From assembly GCA_017613015.1 (NCBI GenBank), contig JAGAEQ010000029.1:2551-66550 (forward strand): DNA of 64,000 bases, in the 5' to 3' direction. The notes beneath the pieces were generated by a model. It ran no database searches. It saw only the letters and a program-made list of their open reading frames with translations, and had not been told where the DNA came from. The first letter of the stretch is position 1; every line of letters starts with the position of its first letter. Shown piece by piece: positions 8,128 to 17,341 of the stretch. A program made the position numbers and the translations under genes. Source of the DNA: Bacteroidales bacterium. GTDB taxonomy: Bacteria; Bacteroidota; Bacteroidia; Bacteroidales; WCHB1-69.

Positions 8128-9166
8128 AGTTCCGGATGAATTGATGGAAGGCCTCCTTGTATTTATGGTAGAACTCCACCTTGATGGGCAAGGTGTAGAC
8201 GGGCATGTCCTTCAACAGGGGACGCAGCTTGTCGTTGTCCAAGCGCATGGCGTCCTTTTCCGTGACAATCACCGCTTTGTAGGGGGAGATGGAGCGTCCG
8301 AGGTATTGCTTTGCCTTGCGGATGTCCTCCGGTGTGAAGTTGTGGTGGTCGCGGAAGGTCAGCTGCTGGAATTCCGTGTGCCGCTCTTTCAGGTAGCTGA
8401 TCAGGGGCTGCGGGTTCGCAATGGCGGTCAGAAGCACCACGCTTTTCAGCTCGAACGTCTGTTGCCGCGCGGCCTGGTTGAAGGGAACAATGGGCAGGAA
8501 ACGCATGTGGGAGAAAAAAATCTGCTGATGCGCTTGCGGCTTGATTTTCCGGATAATGCTGCGCTCGTGCATGCGAGAGAGCACGGAAGGCCCCTTGGTG
8601 ACGATGATGGCATCGGCCTCGGAGGCGGCTCGGACACTTTCCCTCAGGTTGCCCCAGGGAAACACACGGTCGTCGGTGTACAGGCGGCTGTATTCCGTCA
8701 GCAGTATGTTGAGCCCGGCTTTCAGCTGAAGGTACTGGTAGGCGTCGTCCATGAGGATGATTTCCGTTTCCGGCAGCGTGCGGCGGATATGGGCGATGCC
8801 TTCCACCCGGTTTTCGTCCACCGCCACGGGGATGGACGGGTATTTCCGATGGATTTGCAGGGGTTCGTCCCCAATGGTCTGGCTGTTGGACTGGTGGTCC
8901 GCGAAACGGAAGCCCTTGGTGGCGCGTCCGTAGCCCCTGCTGATGACCGCCAGCACGTGCTCATCGCGCAGCAGTTCAATCAGGTACTCTATGTGCGGGG
9001 TTTTTCCGCTGCCGCCGACAGTCAGGTTGCCCACATTGATGACGGGGAAAGGGTAGCGCATACGCCGGATACCGCCCTTACGGTTGTAAAAGGCGCGCCG
9101 AATTCGCATAAAAACGGCCCAAAATCCGGCGAGAATCACCCCAAATGAGTTGCGAAGAAACAGCAA
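8090..9166 (-). CDS. lpxK: Tetraacyldisaccharide 4'-kinase
   Basis: P-loop VINVGNLTVGGSGKTPHIEYL. The first codon of the ORF is TTG (9166). The first ATG (9109) would remove the N-terminal hydrophobic helix, so the start is uncertain (TTG 9166 or GTG 9139). The 3' end overlaps the PNP start by 38 nt. Confidence 0.85.
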   Translation of the reverse strand: MLFLRNSFGVILAGFWAVFMRIRRAFYNRKGGIRRMRYPFPVINVGNLTVGGSGKTPHIEYLIELLRDEHVLAVISRGYGRATKGFRFADHQSNSQTIGDEPLQIHRKYPSIPVAVDENRVEGIAHIRRTLPETEIILMDDAYQYLQLKAGLNILLTEYSRLYTDDRVFPWGNLRESVRAASEADAIIVTKGPSVLSRMHERSIIRKIKPQAHQQIFFSHMRFLPIVPFNQAARQQTFELKSVVLLTAIANPQPLISYLKERHTEFQQLTFRDHHNFTPEDIRKAKQYLGRSISPYKAVIVTEKDAMRLDNDKLRPLLKDMPVYTLPIKVEFYHKYKEAFHQFIRNYVEKDSRSQAIH

Positions 9167-9240
9167 TCTATTGAATTACAATTAAATGACAAATTAAAAA
9201 TAAATATGTAATCTGGCTGCTAATATACGTATTTTCTTAT

Positions 9241-9248
9241 TATTTTTG
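9241..9248 (+). promoter_or_regulatory. Bacteroidota -7 box (TATTTTTG) upstream of the Nif3 gene
   Basis: TAnnTTTG match in the AT-rich 105-nt divergent spacer, 24 nt upstream of ATG 9272. Confidence 0.45.
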
Positions 9249-9271
9249 TTCAGTTTTTAAGAAATAATTTT

Positions 9272-10048
9272 ATGCTTATAAAAGAGGTAATTGCGTACAT
9301 GGAGGAGCTGGCCCCGCTTCCCTTGCAGGAAAGCTACGACAACGCCGGCCTGCAGATAGGGGATGCCCTGCAAACGTTTTCCGGAGGGCTTGTCTGTTTG
9401 GATGTTTCCATGGAGGTGCTGCAAGAGGCGGTGGCTTCGGGCGCCAATCTGGTGATTTCCCATCATCCGGTATTGTTTCATCCGCTGCGTCAGGTCAGTA
9501 CGGAGACGCTGGCGGGCGAAGTGGTGATGTATGCGGTGCGCCACAATCTGGTGGTGTATTCCGCCCACACCAATCTGGACAACGCCCGGGACGGCATGAA
9601 CGCCTGCCTCGGGAGGCTGCTGCATCTGGAAAACCTGCGGGTGCTGCTTCCCAATCCCCGGTGGGAGCATGCGGGAAGCGGCGCGATAGGGGAACTTCCC
9701 GACCCCATGACGGAGGGGGAGTTTTTGGCCATGGTCAAGCGGGAGCTGGGGGCGGAATCCCTGCGGCACAGCCGTTTGGACGGGCGAAGTGTACGTCGGG
9801 TCGCCTTGTGCGGAGGGGCGGGGGCTTTTCTGCTGCCCGAAGCCTTGCGTCAGGAGGCCGATGCCTTTGTGGTCGGAGAAGTTCATTATCACGACTTTGT
9901 CGATTTTCAGGGACGTGTTTTAATGGTGGAAACCGGACATTATGAAAGCGAATGCGTCATAAAATCCGATTTAGTGGCGAAACTTAATCGGAAATTTAGT
10001 AATTTTGCAGCTTCGAAAAAGGAGAAAACGCCTTATCAACATTTGTAA
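9272..10048 (+). CDS. Nif3-like dinuclear metal centre protein (GTP cyclohydrolase I type 2 homologue)
   Basis: DNAGLQIGD, LVISHHPVLF, YSAHTNLD, GHYESE motifs characteristic of the NIF3/YqfO family. Confidence 0.85.
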   Translation: MLIKEVIAYMEELAPLPLQESYDNAGLQIGDALQTFSGGLVCLDVSMEVLQEAVASGANLVISHHPVLFHPLRQVSTETLAGEVVMYAVRHNLVVYSAHTNLDNARDGMNACLGRLLHLENLRVLLPNPRWEHAGSGAIGELPDPMTEGEFLAMVKRELGAESLRHSRLDGRSVRRVALCGGAGAFLLPEALRQEADAFVVGEVHYHDFVDFQGRVLMVETGHYESECVIKSDLVAKLNRKFSNFAASKKEKTPYQHL

Positions 10049-10060
10049 AAGTTTGGATAT

Positions 10061-10849
10061 ATGCAATCAAAGGAAAACCAAGAACAACAGGAAGTCCAGT
10101 CGGTAGAAAACAGCCTGGTCGCGTTGCGCAAGCTGCAAATCATTCATTCCAAAATCGATAAAATCCGCACCTATCGCGGCGAACTCCCCCTGGAAGTGCG
10201 GGATCTGGAAGCCGCCTGCGAAGGGATAGAGACCCGGATAAACAAAATCAATGACATCATCGCGGATTTTCAGGGCAAAATCGCTGAAAGGGAGACCATC
10301 AGCAAAAACGCAAGCGCCGCCATCGCCAGATACAAGGAGCAGATTGACAACGTGCGCAATAACCGGGAATACGACGCCCTGAACAAGGAAATCGAATACC
10401 AGTCGCTGGAAATCGAACTGAGCAACAAGCGCATTGACGAATACCGGCATTCCATCGAGAGCAAGGAGGAGGAAATCGCCTCCTGCAAGGCCGAACTGGA
10501 GACCATGAGCGAAGAGCTCAAGACCAAAAAGGCCGAACTGGACGGCATCATCGCCGAAACCGAAAAGGAGGAGACCCGCCTGCTGGAGAATGTGGAGAAA
10601 TACGAAATCGCGGTCGAGCCGAGGCTGCTGGTCGCCTTCAAGCGCATACGGAACAACATGCGCAACGGGCTTGCCGTTGTGAAGATAGAACGGGACGCCT
10701 GCGGAGGCTGTTTCAGCAAAATCTCCCCGCAGCGGCAGCTGGACATTCGTATTCACAAGAAAATCATCGTTTGCGAATTCTGCGGACGCATCCTGATTGA
10801 CGACGACATTGCGGACAAAGCCAACCAGGAAATGCAGGATTTGGGCTAA
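10061..10849 (+). CDS. Coiled-coil protein with C-terminal C4 zinc ribbon (COG1579-like)
   Basis: About 200 aa of heptad-rich E/K/I sequence, then CGGCFSKISPQ...(x17)...CEFCGRIL, giving two CxxC pairs. Confidence 0.8.
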   Translation: MQSKENQEQQEVQSVENSLVALRKLQIIHSKIDKIRTYRGELPLEVRDLEAACEGIETRINKINDIIADFQGKIAERETISKNASAAIARYKEQIDNVRNNREYDALNKEIEYQSLEIELSNKRIDEYRHSIESKEEEIASCKAELETMSEELKTKKAELDGIIAETEKEETRLLENVEKYEIAVEPRLLVAFKRIRNNMRNGLAVVKIERDACGGCFSKISPQRQLDIRIHKKIIVCEFCGRILIDDDIADKANQEMQDLG

Positions 10850-10870
10850 ACCCTTGTCTTTTTGCGGAAA

Positions 10871-11449
10871 ATGAAAAAGATTGTTTTTACCCTTTCTGTG
10901 TTAGCCGTACTGGCGACAGCCTGCGGAACCTTGAAGCAGCTTTCCCAGATCACCAACCTGAAAAACTGCAACTTTTCCCTGAAATCGGTGGAAAGCGTGC
11001 AAGTGGCGGGCATCAATGTGAAGAACCTGAAAAGCCTGACTGCAACCGATTTGGTCAATCTGGCCGCCTGCCTTTCCGCGAAAAAGCTGCCGGTATCCTT
11101 AGGGGTTTCGGTAGGCGTGGAGAATCCGGGCACGGAAGCGGCCGCCCTCACCCGTATGGAATGGGTGTGCACGGTGGACGACAAGGCCTTAGCCAACGGC
11201 ATTGTCAATGAAAAACACACCATTCCCGCCCAGAGTATGGTTTCCGTCCCTTTGCGGGTGAACATGGACGCCTATGAACTGTTTTCCTCCACCGGAGTGG
11301 ACGCGGTCAAGGCTTTCATTCAGAGTTTCTCCGCAGAGACCGACAACAGCCTGTCCTCACGGGTGGCGGTCAAGGTGAAACCCACCCTTACCTTGGGTTC
11401 GGCCACAATCACCTTCCCTAATTACATCACCTTGCTATCCAATAAGTAG
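10871..11449 (+). CDS. Hypothetical lipoprotein (LEA-2-like fold suspected)
   Basis: The ORF track opens at TTG 10862. The first ATG at 10871 gives MKKIVFTLSVLAVLATAC-GT with a lipobox (LATAC). I recognise no catalytic motifs. Confidence 0.65.
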   Translation: MKKIVFTLSVLAVLATACGTLKQLSQITNLKNCNFSLKSVESVQVAGINVKNLKSLTATDLVNLAACLSAKKLPVSLGVSVGVENPGTEAAALTRMEWVCTVDDKALANGIVNEKHTIPAQSMVSVPLRVNMDAYELFSSTGVDAVKAFIQSFSAETDNSLSSRVAVKVKPTLTLGSATITFPNYITLLSNK

Positions 11450-11451
11450 TC

Positions 11452-12489
11452 ATGCCTTTTGTATTTGAATGCATCAAACCGGTGCTCAGACCGGATTACA
11501 AAGTGGCCGTGCTGGGAGGTGGCAGCTGGGCGACCGCTATCGTGAAAATATTGTCCACCAACCTGAAACGGGTATACTGGTGGGTGAGGGAGCCGGAAAT
11601 TGTGGAAGGCATCCGCCAATTCGGGCACAATCCCCTGTATATGAACGAGACACAGCTGAACCACAAGCGTATCAGCGTCTCCAACCGTCTGGCGCAGACC
11701 GTTAAAAAAGCGGACGTGGTGGTAGTGGCCATCCCTTCGGCCTACATGCACACCTCTTTGTCCGTGTTGCCTGAAAACGCCTTCGACGGCAAGTTCGTGG
11801 TTTCCGCGACCAAGGGACTGCTTCCGGAGCACACGCTTTCCGTTTCCGACTATTTCCAGCAGTTCTTTCATGTGGACGCGCAGCGCATGGGCATAATCAT
11901 GGGGCCTTCCCATGCGGAGGAGATTGCCCGTGAGCGCCTTACCTACCTGACTTCCGCTTCCGCCAACCCCGCGCTGGCAGAGGATGTGGCCAACCTCTTC
12001 CGTTGCCGCTACGTGGTGGTGAACCTCTCGGACGACATGAAGGGGATAGAGTTCTGCGTGGTTTTGAAAAACATTTACGCCCTGGCGGCCGGCATTTTCC
12101 GTGGCCTCGGGGCGGGGGACAACCTTTTGGCCTTGTTTAACGCCAACTGCTACAGGGAAATGACGCAGTATTTGCAGACAGCTTTCCCGAAAGCGGACCG
12201 GGTGTACGCCCTTTCCCCGTATTTGGGTGATTTTCTGGTCACCACCTATTCCCAATACAGCCGCAACCGCAATTTCGGATACATGGTCGGGAAGGGCTAT
12301 TCCGTGCAAACCATTCTGATGGAGATGAAAATGGTCGCGGAAGGCTATACGGCTGTCGCCAACGCCTATACCTACAACGAGGAGCATAACAAACTGAACC
12401 TGCCCATACTGACAGCCACCTATAAAATATTGTACGAAAAAGTGCCGGTACGGACGAGCATTCACCGTTTGCTGGACCAATTGAAATAA
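11452..12489 (+). CDS. gpsA: NAD(P)H-dependent glycerol-3-phosphate dehydrogenase
   Basis: Rossmann motif KVAVLGGGSWATAI, GPSHAEE, and NxYA.AAG-type motifs. Confidence 0.9.
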   Translation: MPFVFECIKPVLRPDYKVAVLGGGSWATAIVKILSTNLKRVYWWVREPEIVEGIRQFGHNPLYMNETQLNHKRISVSNRLAQTVKKADVVVVAIPSAYMHTSLSVLPENAFDGKFVVSATKGLLPEHTLSVSDYFQQFFHVDAQRMGIIMGPSHAEEIARERLTYLTSASANPALAEDVANLFRCRYVVVNLSDDMKGIEFCVVLKNIYALAAGIFRGLGAGDNLLALFNANCYREMTQYLQTAFPKADRVYALSPYLGDFLVTTYSQYSRNRNFGYMVGKGYSVQTILMEMKMVAEGYTAVANAYTYNEEHNKLNLPILTATYKILYEKVPVRTSIHRLLDQLK

Positions 12490-12504
12490 AAAAAGAACAA
12501 CAAC

Positions 12505-13494
12505 ATGATGAAGAGAATGACCTTCCGCCTGCTTCTGGCGGTTTCGATTTTTGGCTGTTTCCAGGCCAACGCACAGGAAATTAAGGATATCGCCCTGACT
12601 TCCTACAAACAGAGCACCAAAGTGGACACCTCGGTCAAGGAGACCTTCTGGTCCTACGGCGGCGTCACGCTGCTGACCTTTGCACAGGACTACACCCTGA
12701 ACTGGGCCGCCGGTGGCGATCCCGCTCTCAGCCTGAAAGGGACCGGCAACTATTTCCTGAAATACAGCAAACAGCGGCTGACTTGGGACAACACCCTGAA
12801 CATCGACTACGGCATGCAGCGCAACCTGGAGACCCAAGTCAACACCAAAACAACGGACAATGTGGAGCTTGCCTCCAATTTGGGCTACCGTTTGGGCGGC
12901 AACTGGAACGGCGCCGCCTTGGTCAAGATGCAGACCCAGTTGTCGGACGGTTACACCAACGAAGAGATTTCCTCCTCCTTCATGACCCCCGGCTACCTGA
13001 TCACCTCCATCGGTATGGACTACAAAAAACAGGACTGGTCCATCTTCATTTCGCCCATCACCGGCAAAACCACCTTCAAAACCGACCGCCGTTTCTTAGA
13101 CGGGAACTATTTTGCGGTCAAGGAAGGGGAGAGCTATTTCGCCGCATTCGGCGGATTCGCCCGCTTCACCCTCCAAAAGGACATTATTCCGACCATCAAC
13201 GTGTACTCCAAACTGGAACTCTTCTCGGATTATTTCAACGATCCGGAAAAAGTGGATGTCAATATGGAGATGCGCTGGATTTTCAAGCTGACCAACTGGC
13301 TGTCGTTTAGTATTTTCGCGGCGGCTGTCTACGATTACGACGTGCGCTTCAACCGTTATGCGCCGGATGGTGTGACCCCCTTGGTCGATGCGGAGGGCAA
13401 CAACCTGACCACCGACCACTTGCAGTTCAAGGAGAATTTCGGCCTGTCCCTGACGCACAAGTTCTCCCACAAGGCGGAACGCGCCAAAAACTAA
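12505..13494 (+). CDS. DUF3078-like outer-membrane beta-barrel protein
   Basis: Signal peptide MMKRMTFRLLLAVSIFGCFQANAQ. WSYGG...NWAAGGDP motif and alternating beta-strand pattern, ending in an aromatic-rich barrel. Confidence 0.65.
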   Translation: MMKRMTFRLLLAVSIFGCFQANAQEIKDIALTSYKQSTKVDTSVKETFWSYGGVTLLTFAQDYTLNWAAGGDPALSLKGTGNYFLKYSKQRLTWDNTLNIDYGMQRNLETQVNTKTTDNVELASNLGYRLGGNWNGAALVKMQTQLSDGYTNEEISSSFMTPGYLITSIGMDYKKQDWSIFISPITGKTTFKTDRRFLDGNYFAVKEGESYFAAFGGFARFTLQKDIIPTINVYSKLELFSDYFNDPEKVDVNMEMRWIFKLTNWLSFSIFAAAVYDYDVRFNRYAPDGVTPLVDAEGNNLTTDHLQFKENFGLSLTHKFSHKAERAKN

Positions 13495-13496
13495 GG

Positions 13497-14384
13497 CTAC
13501 AGCTTGTTGAAAATCTGCAGGATATTGTCCGCATAGGTCTTGGAGACCGGAATTTCCGGAATGTTCTTCTCGTCCAGCTCTAAGAAAAGCCCATCTTTGC
13601 TTTTCTTCAGTATCTTGATTTTCTGCGTATTGATGATGTAGGAGCGGTGGCAGCGGATCAGCTGACGCTCCGTGAACAGCTGTTCGATGTTCTTCAAGGT
13701 GTTCCGCAGGAGGAAAACGCAGACTTCCCCTTTGTTCAGGTAGTGGATTTTCACGTAATTGTCCGCCGCTTCAAGGTAGAGCAGGGCATCCGGATGCACC
13801 GACAGCTTCAGTTCGTCCTTTTCGTCCTTGAAATGCATGAGCGGCAACACTTCTTCGGGGGCTTTCCCCGTTTCCCCGCCAAGGTTCGGACGCTGCACGC
13901 TGGCCAAGGCCGCACTGAGCGCATCCGCTTCCTCTTCCTTGTTTTTCAGCGCGAAATACAAATGGGCGATGGCGTAGGGGATGCAGAGAATGAGCGCGGT
14001 AATCAGGTAGATGCGGGGGTAGAGGGTGAAATAGGCGTTGTAGTTCACCTTTTTGGTCACCAGCCAGGTGAAGAGGGTGACGGCAAAGGCGATGGCCGCA
14101 AATTCTAAAAAAATCCACATCATGAAGTTCAGTATGCTCACCGCTTTCCGCTTGGCCACAAAGTGCAGGCTCATTCGGCTGATGGTCAGAGTGGCCATGC
14201 CAATCAGCACCATCAGAATCACATAGAACACGAATTTGTCGATGTTGGCGCCCACCGCCATCCATCCGGTGGATTCGAAAGGATGGTACACCACGATGAA
14301 AATCAGTGCATATAGGCTGACAAAAACCAGAAAATGCACCGTGTTGCGCAAATCCGTGATATAGTTTGGCACGTATCGTTTCAT
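13497..14384 (-). CDS. Membrane-anchored LytTR-family DNA-binding protein
   Basis: Start at ATG 14384, supported by a -7 box 23 nt upstream; the longest ORF runs to 14480. About 4-5 predicted TM helices, then a C-terminal LytTR domain (LLYLEAADNYVKIHYLNKGEVCVFLLRNTLKNIEQLF...LIRCHRSYIIN). Confidence 0.75.
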   Translation of the reverse strand: MKRYVPNYITDLRNTVHFLVFVSLYALIFIVVYHPFESTGWMAVGANIDKFVFYVILMVLIGMATLTISRMSLHFVAKRKAVSILNFMMWIFLEFAAIAFAVTLFTWLVTKKVNYNAYFTLYPRIYLITALILCIPYAIAHLYFALKNKEEEADALSAALASVQRPNLGGETGKAPEEVLPLMHFKDEKDELKLSVHPDALLYLEAADNYVKIHYLNKGEVCVFLLRNTLKNIEQLFTERQLIRCHRSYIINTQKIKILKKSKDGLFLELDEKNIPEIPVSKTYADNILQIFNKL

Positions 14385-14406
14385 TTTTATCCCAGCATTG
14401 AAAGTG

Positions 14407-14414
14407 CAAAAGTA
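14407..14414 (-). promoter_or_regulatory. Bacteroidota -7 box (TACTTTTG) for the LytTR gene
   Basis: Plus-strand CAAAAGTA equals minus-strand TACTTTTG, 23 nt upstream of ATG 14384. Confidence 0.45.
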
Positions 14415-14580
14415 GACAAAAAAGAAATACGTTTCCCCGCTTGCAATTTTCGCCCCATATGTTTTTATTTCGCCCTCCACAGAGCATTTTCACCCGCAAA
14501 GGCGCCCCTTCGAACCATTTTTTCGTCCCAGTTCAGGAAAAAGCGTTTTCTTTGCGCTTCGAAAAAATACAATTTTTTTT

Positions 14581-16350
14581 ATGGAAATAAGGAGATTATT
14601 TGACATTTTGGAGCACTACAAGGCCAACAAGCCCGATCAGGCGGTGGCCCTGGCGATGAAAAACGACAACGGAGAGTGGATCAAGTACAGCCTGGCGGAC
14701 TACTGCCATTATACGGACATGGCCGCCTACGCATTGATAGAATTGGGCATAGGCCCCAAGGACAAGGTGGCCATCATCAGCACCAACCGTCCGGAATGGA
14801 ACATGATGGACATGGCCGTGATGAAAATCGGCGCCATCACCGTGCCGGTCTACCCCAACATCACGGAGGCCGACTACCTTTACATACTGCGCCACTGCGA
14901 AGCCAAGCTGCTGTTGATTGAAGGGGCGGAAGTGATGCGCAAAATCGAGCACATTCTGCCGGAGCTTCCGGACGTGAAATACGTATATACCTTTAAGGAC
15001 AGGGGACATTTCCCTTACTGGGACCAGTTCATCCGCTTAGGGGAGGAGCATCCCCATCCGGAGGAGCTGACCATTCGGGCGGCGGAAGTGCGTCCGGAAC
15101 AGTGCAGCACCATTATGTACACTTCGGGCACCACCGGCAAGCCGAAAGGGGTCATGCTGTCCCACAGCAACATTGTGAACCAGCTGCTTCACCTTTACCA
15201 CATCATCGCCGACTGGTCTCACACCGCCTTGAGCTTCCTGCCGCTTTGCCACGCTTACGAGCGCATGTTGGTTTTCCTGTACCAGTACCGGGGACTTTCC
15301 GTGTATTACGCACGGAATCTGGGAACCATCGGAGAGGACATACGCACGGTGCATCCGAGCATGATGTCCACGGTGCCGCTGATGCTGGAGAAAATGTACG
15401 ACAAAATCTACCAGAGCGGCAAGCAGCAGCATGGCTTGGCCAAATGGATTTTCTACCGTTCCATACGTCTGGCCTGCCGCTACCACATTGAAAAAAGCGA
15501 CCGGACTTTGATTTACCGCCTCCGGCATCGCATGGCGGACCGTTTGGTTTACAGTAAAATACGCAAGGGAATAGGCGGAGATTTTGACATTGTGGTGTCG
15601 GGCGCGGCCATGATACGCCCGCATCTGGTGTCCTTCTTCTCGGCCATAGGCATGCCGGTGTACGAAGGTTACGGCATGACGGAGACCTCGCCGGTCATTG
15701 CGGTCAGCTGCAACGAAAAATACGGAAGGGAGGCCGGTACGGTCGGATTCCCCTTGGGTGGTGTGGAAATCGCCTTCACCGACAACCACGAGCTGATTTG
15801 CCGGGGACACAATGTGATGATGGGCTATTACAAGGACGAAGCCCTGACGCACAGCGTTATCGATGCGGACGGCTGGATGCACACCGGCGACACCGGCCGC
15901 TTTACCGACAAGGGGCAGGTGGTGATCACGGGCCGTTTGAAAAACCTGTTCAAATCCTCTTTGGGCAAATACATCAACTCCGCCGTCATTGAGACCCGAT
16001 GCACCGAATCCCCTTATGTGGAGCATGCGGTGGCGTTCGGTGACAACCAACGCTTTGTCGTTGCGCTGCTTGTGCCGGATCTCACCAGACTGAAGGAATG
16101 GTGCGGAGAGCATGGCATCCCGTGCGACGACACGGAGCAGATGCTCAAGGAGCCTGCCGTGACCGAGCTTTACAATCAGGAAATCCAAAACTGCAACGAA
16201 AACCTGAGCGAGGCGGAAAAAGTCAAGAAATTCAAAGTGCTGCCCGAAACCTGGAGCGTGGCGGACGGCATGCTCACCCCCACCTTGAAGGTGAAAAGGG
16301 GAGAGGTGGAAAAAAAGTACGCAGATATCATCGCGGATTTATACAAATAG
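14581..16350 (+). CDS. Long-chain fatty acid--CoA ligase (AMP-binding family)
   Basis: AMP-binding signature IMYTSGTTGKPKGVMLSH, YEGYGMTETSP, GWMHTGDTG, and TPTLKVKR at the C-terminus. Confidence 0.9.
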   Translation: MEIRRLFDILEHYKANKPDQAVALAMKNDNGEWIKYSLADYCHYTDMAAYALIELGIGPKDKVAIISTNRPEWNMMDMAVMKIGAITVPVYPNITEADYLYILRHCEAKLLLIEGAEVMRKIEHILPELPDVKYVYTFKDRGHFPYWDQFIRLGEEHPHPEELTIRAAEVRPEQCSTIMYTSGTTGKPKGVMLSHSNIVNQLLHLYHIIADWSHTALSFLPLCHAYERMLVFLYQYRGLSVYYARNLGTIGEDIRTVHPSMMSTVPLMLEKMYDKIYQSGKQQHGLAKWIFYRSIRLACRYHIEKSDRTLIYRLRHRMADRLVYSKIRKGIGGDFDIVVSGAAMIRPHLVSFFSAIGMPVYEGYGMTETSPVIAVSCNEKYGREAGTVGFPLGGVEIAFTDNHELICRGHNVMMGYYKDEALTHSVIDADGWMHTGDTGRFTDKGQVVITGRLKNLFKSSLGKYINSAVIETRCTESPYVEHAVAFGDNQRFVVALLVPDLTRLKEWCGEHGIPCDDTEQMLKEPAVTELYNQEIQNCNENLSEAEKVKKFKVLPETWSVADGMLTPTLKVKRGEVEKKYADIIADLYK

Positions 16351-16364
16351 ATTTGTTTTTTGAT

Positions 16365-16372
16365 TACTTTTG
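16365..16372 (+). promoter_or_regulatory. Candidate -7 box (TACTTTTG) upstream of ddh
   Basis: TAnnTTTG match in the 89-nt spacer, 68 nt upstream of ATG 16440. A 9-bp imperfect hairpin lies between the box and the start. Confidence 0.3.
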
Positions 16373-16439
16373 CATGTTCGGGAGGCTGGTGTTCGGCCCG
16401 CTTCCCGAGCTGTGATTGTAAATTTGAAAAACAAACGCT

Positions 16440-17318
16440 ATGGAATCCCATCTATCGGAAAAAATCAGAGTGGCCATTGTCGGTTACGGAAACATCGGCA
16501 AGGCTGCGGAAGAGGCTTTGCGCCTGACACCGGACATGACGCCGGTCGGAGTGTTTCACCATCAGGACCCCTTGGAAGGCATGGAAGCGGATGTCGCGCT
16601 GCTGTGCGTCCCTACAAGGGAAGTGCCTGTGTTTGCGGAACGCCTGCTGAAACAGGGCGTTTCCACGGTGGACTCGTTTGACATTCACGGACGCATCGCC
16701 GGGCTGCGGCAGTCGCTGACGCCTGTCGCGAAAACCCATAAGGCGGTCGGCATTGTGGCGGCCGGATGGGATCCGGGCACGGATTCCGTGGTGCGCGCTC
16801 TTATGCAGGCCATGGCGCCCCGGGGCATCACCTACACCGATTTCGGACCGGGCCGCTCCATGGGCCACACCGTGGCGGCCAAAGCCATCCCCGGCGTAAA
16901 GGACGCCCTTTCCATGACCATTCCCCTGGGCACCGGCATCCACCGCCGCATGGTGTATGTGGAGCTGAAGGACGGCGCCGATTTCCGGGAAGTGGAACGC
17001 CTGCTGCTGGAGGACGATTATTTTGCCCATGACGAGACCCATGTGGTGCAGGTTCCTTCCGTGGACGCGCTGAACAACGTGGCGCACGGGGTGCACCTGA
17101 GCCGTTCGGGTGTCAGCGGAAGCACGCACAACCAGCGTTTTTCCTTCGACATGAGCATCAACAATCCCGCGCTGACCGCGCAAATCATGGTGTCCTGCGC
17201 CCGCGCCGCTTTCCGCATGAAGAAGGAAGGCCGCTACGGAGCCTACACGCTGATTGAGGTCGCGCCCGTCGATTTGCTGCCGGGGGATGCCGAAACCAAC
17301 GTCCGGCTGTGGGTATAG
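16440..17318 (+). CDS. ddh: meso-Diaminopimelate D-dehydrogenase
   Basis: KIRVAIVGYGNIGK Rossmann start, AAGWDPG, and DFGPGRSMGHT-type motifs seen in Bacteroides/Porphyromonas/Corynebacterium Ddh. Confidence 0.85.
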   Translation: MESHLSEKIRVAIVGYGNIGKAAEEALRLTPDMTPVGVFHHQDPLEGMEADVALLCVPTREVPVFAERLLKQGVSTVDSFDIHGRIAGLRQSLTPVAKTHKAVGIVAAGWDPGTDSVVRALMQAMAPRGITYTDFGPGRSMGHTVAAKAIPGVKDALSMTIPLGTGIHRRMVYVELKDGADFREVERLLLEDDYFAHDETHVVQVPSVDALNNVAHGVHLSRSGVSGSTHNQRFSFDMSINNPALTAQIMVSCARAAFRMKKEGRYGAYTLIEVAPVDLLPGDAETNVRLWV

Positions 17319-17341
17319 GTGTTTCATTTTAACCAACATCC

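Noticed and set aside
9167-9271. AT-rich spacers (9167-9271, 31804-31851, 35225-35352, 38795-38846) scanned for CRISPR-like repeats, IS ends or small RNA genes.
   Set aside because: They contain only short A/T-rich direct repeats and promoter-like boxes. I found no repeat-spacer periodicity, no terminal inverted repeats and no stable structured RNA candidates.
14509-14516. A TTCGAACC string (GGTTCGAA on the minus strand) resembling a tRNA T-loop, in the LytTR / acyl-CoA-ligase spacer.
   Set aside because: The flanking bases do not form a T-stem, and no acceptor or anticodon arms can be drawn. No tRNA gene is supported anywhere in the window.
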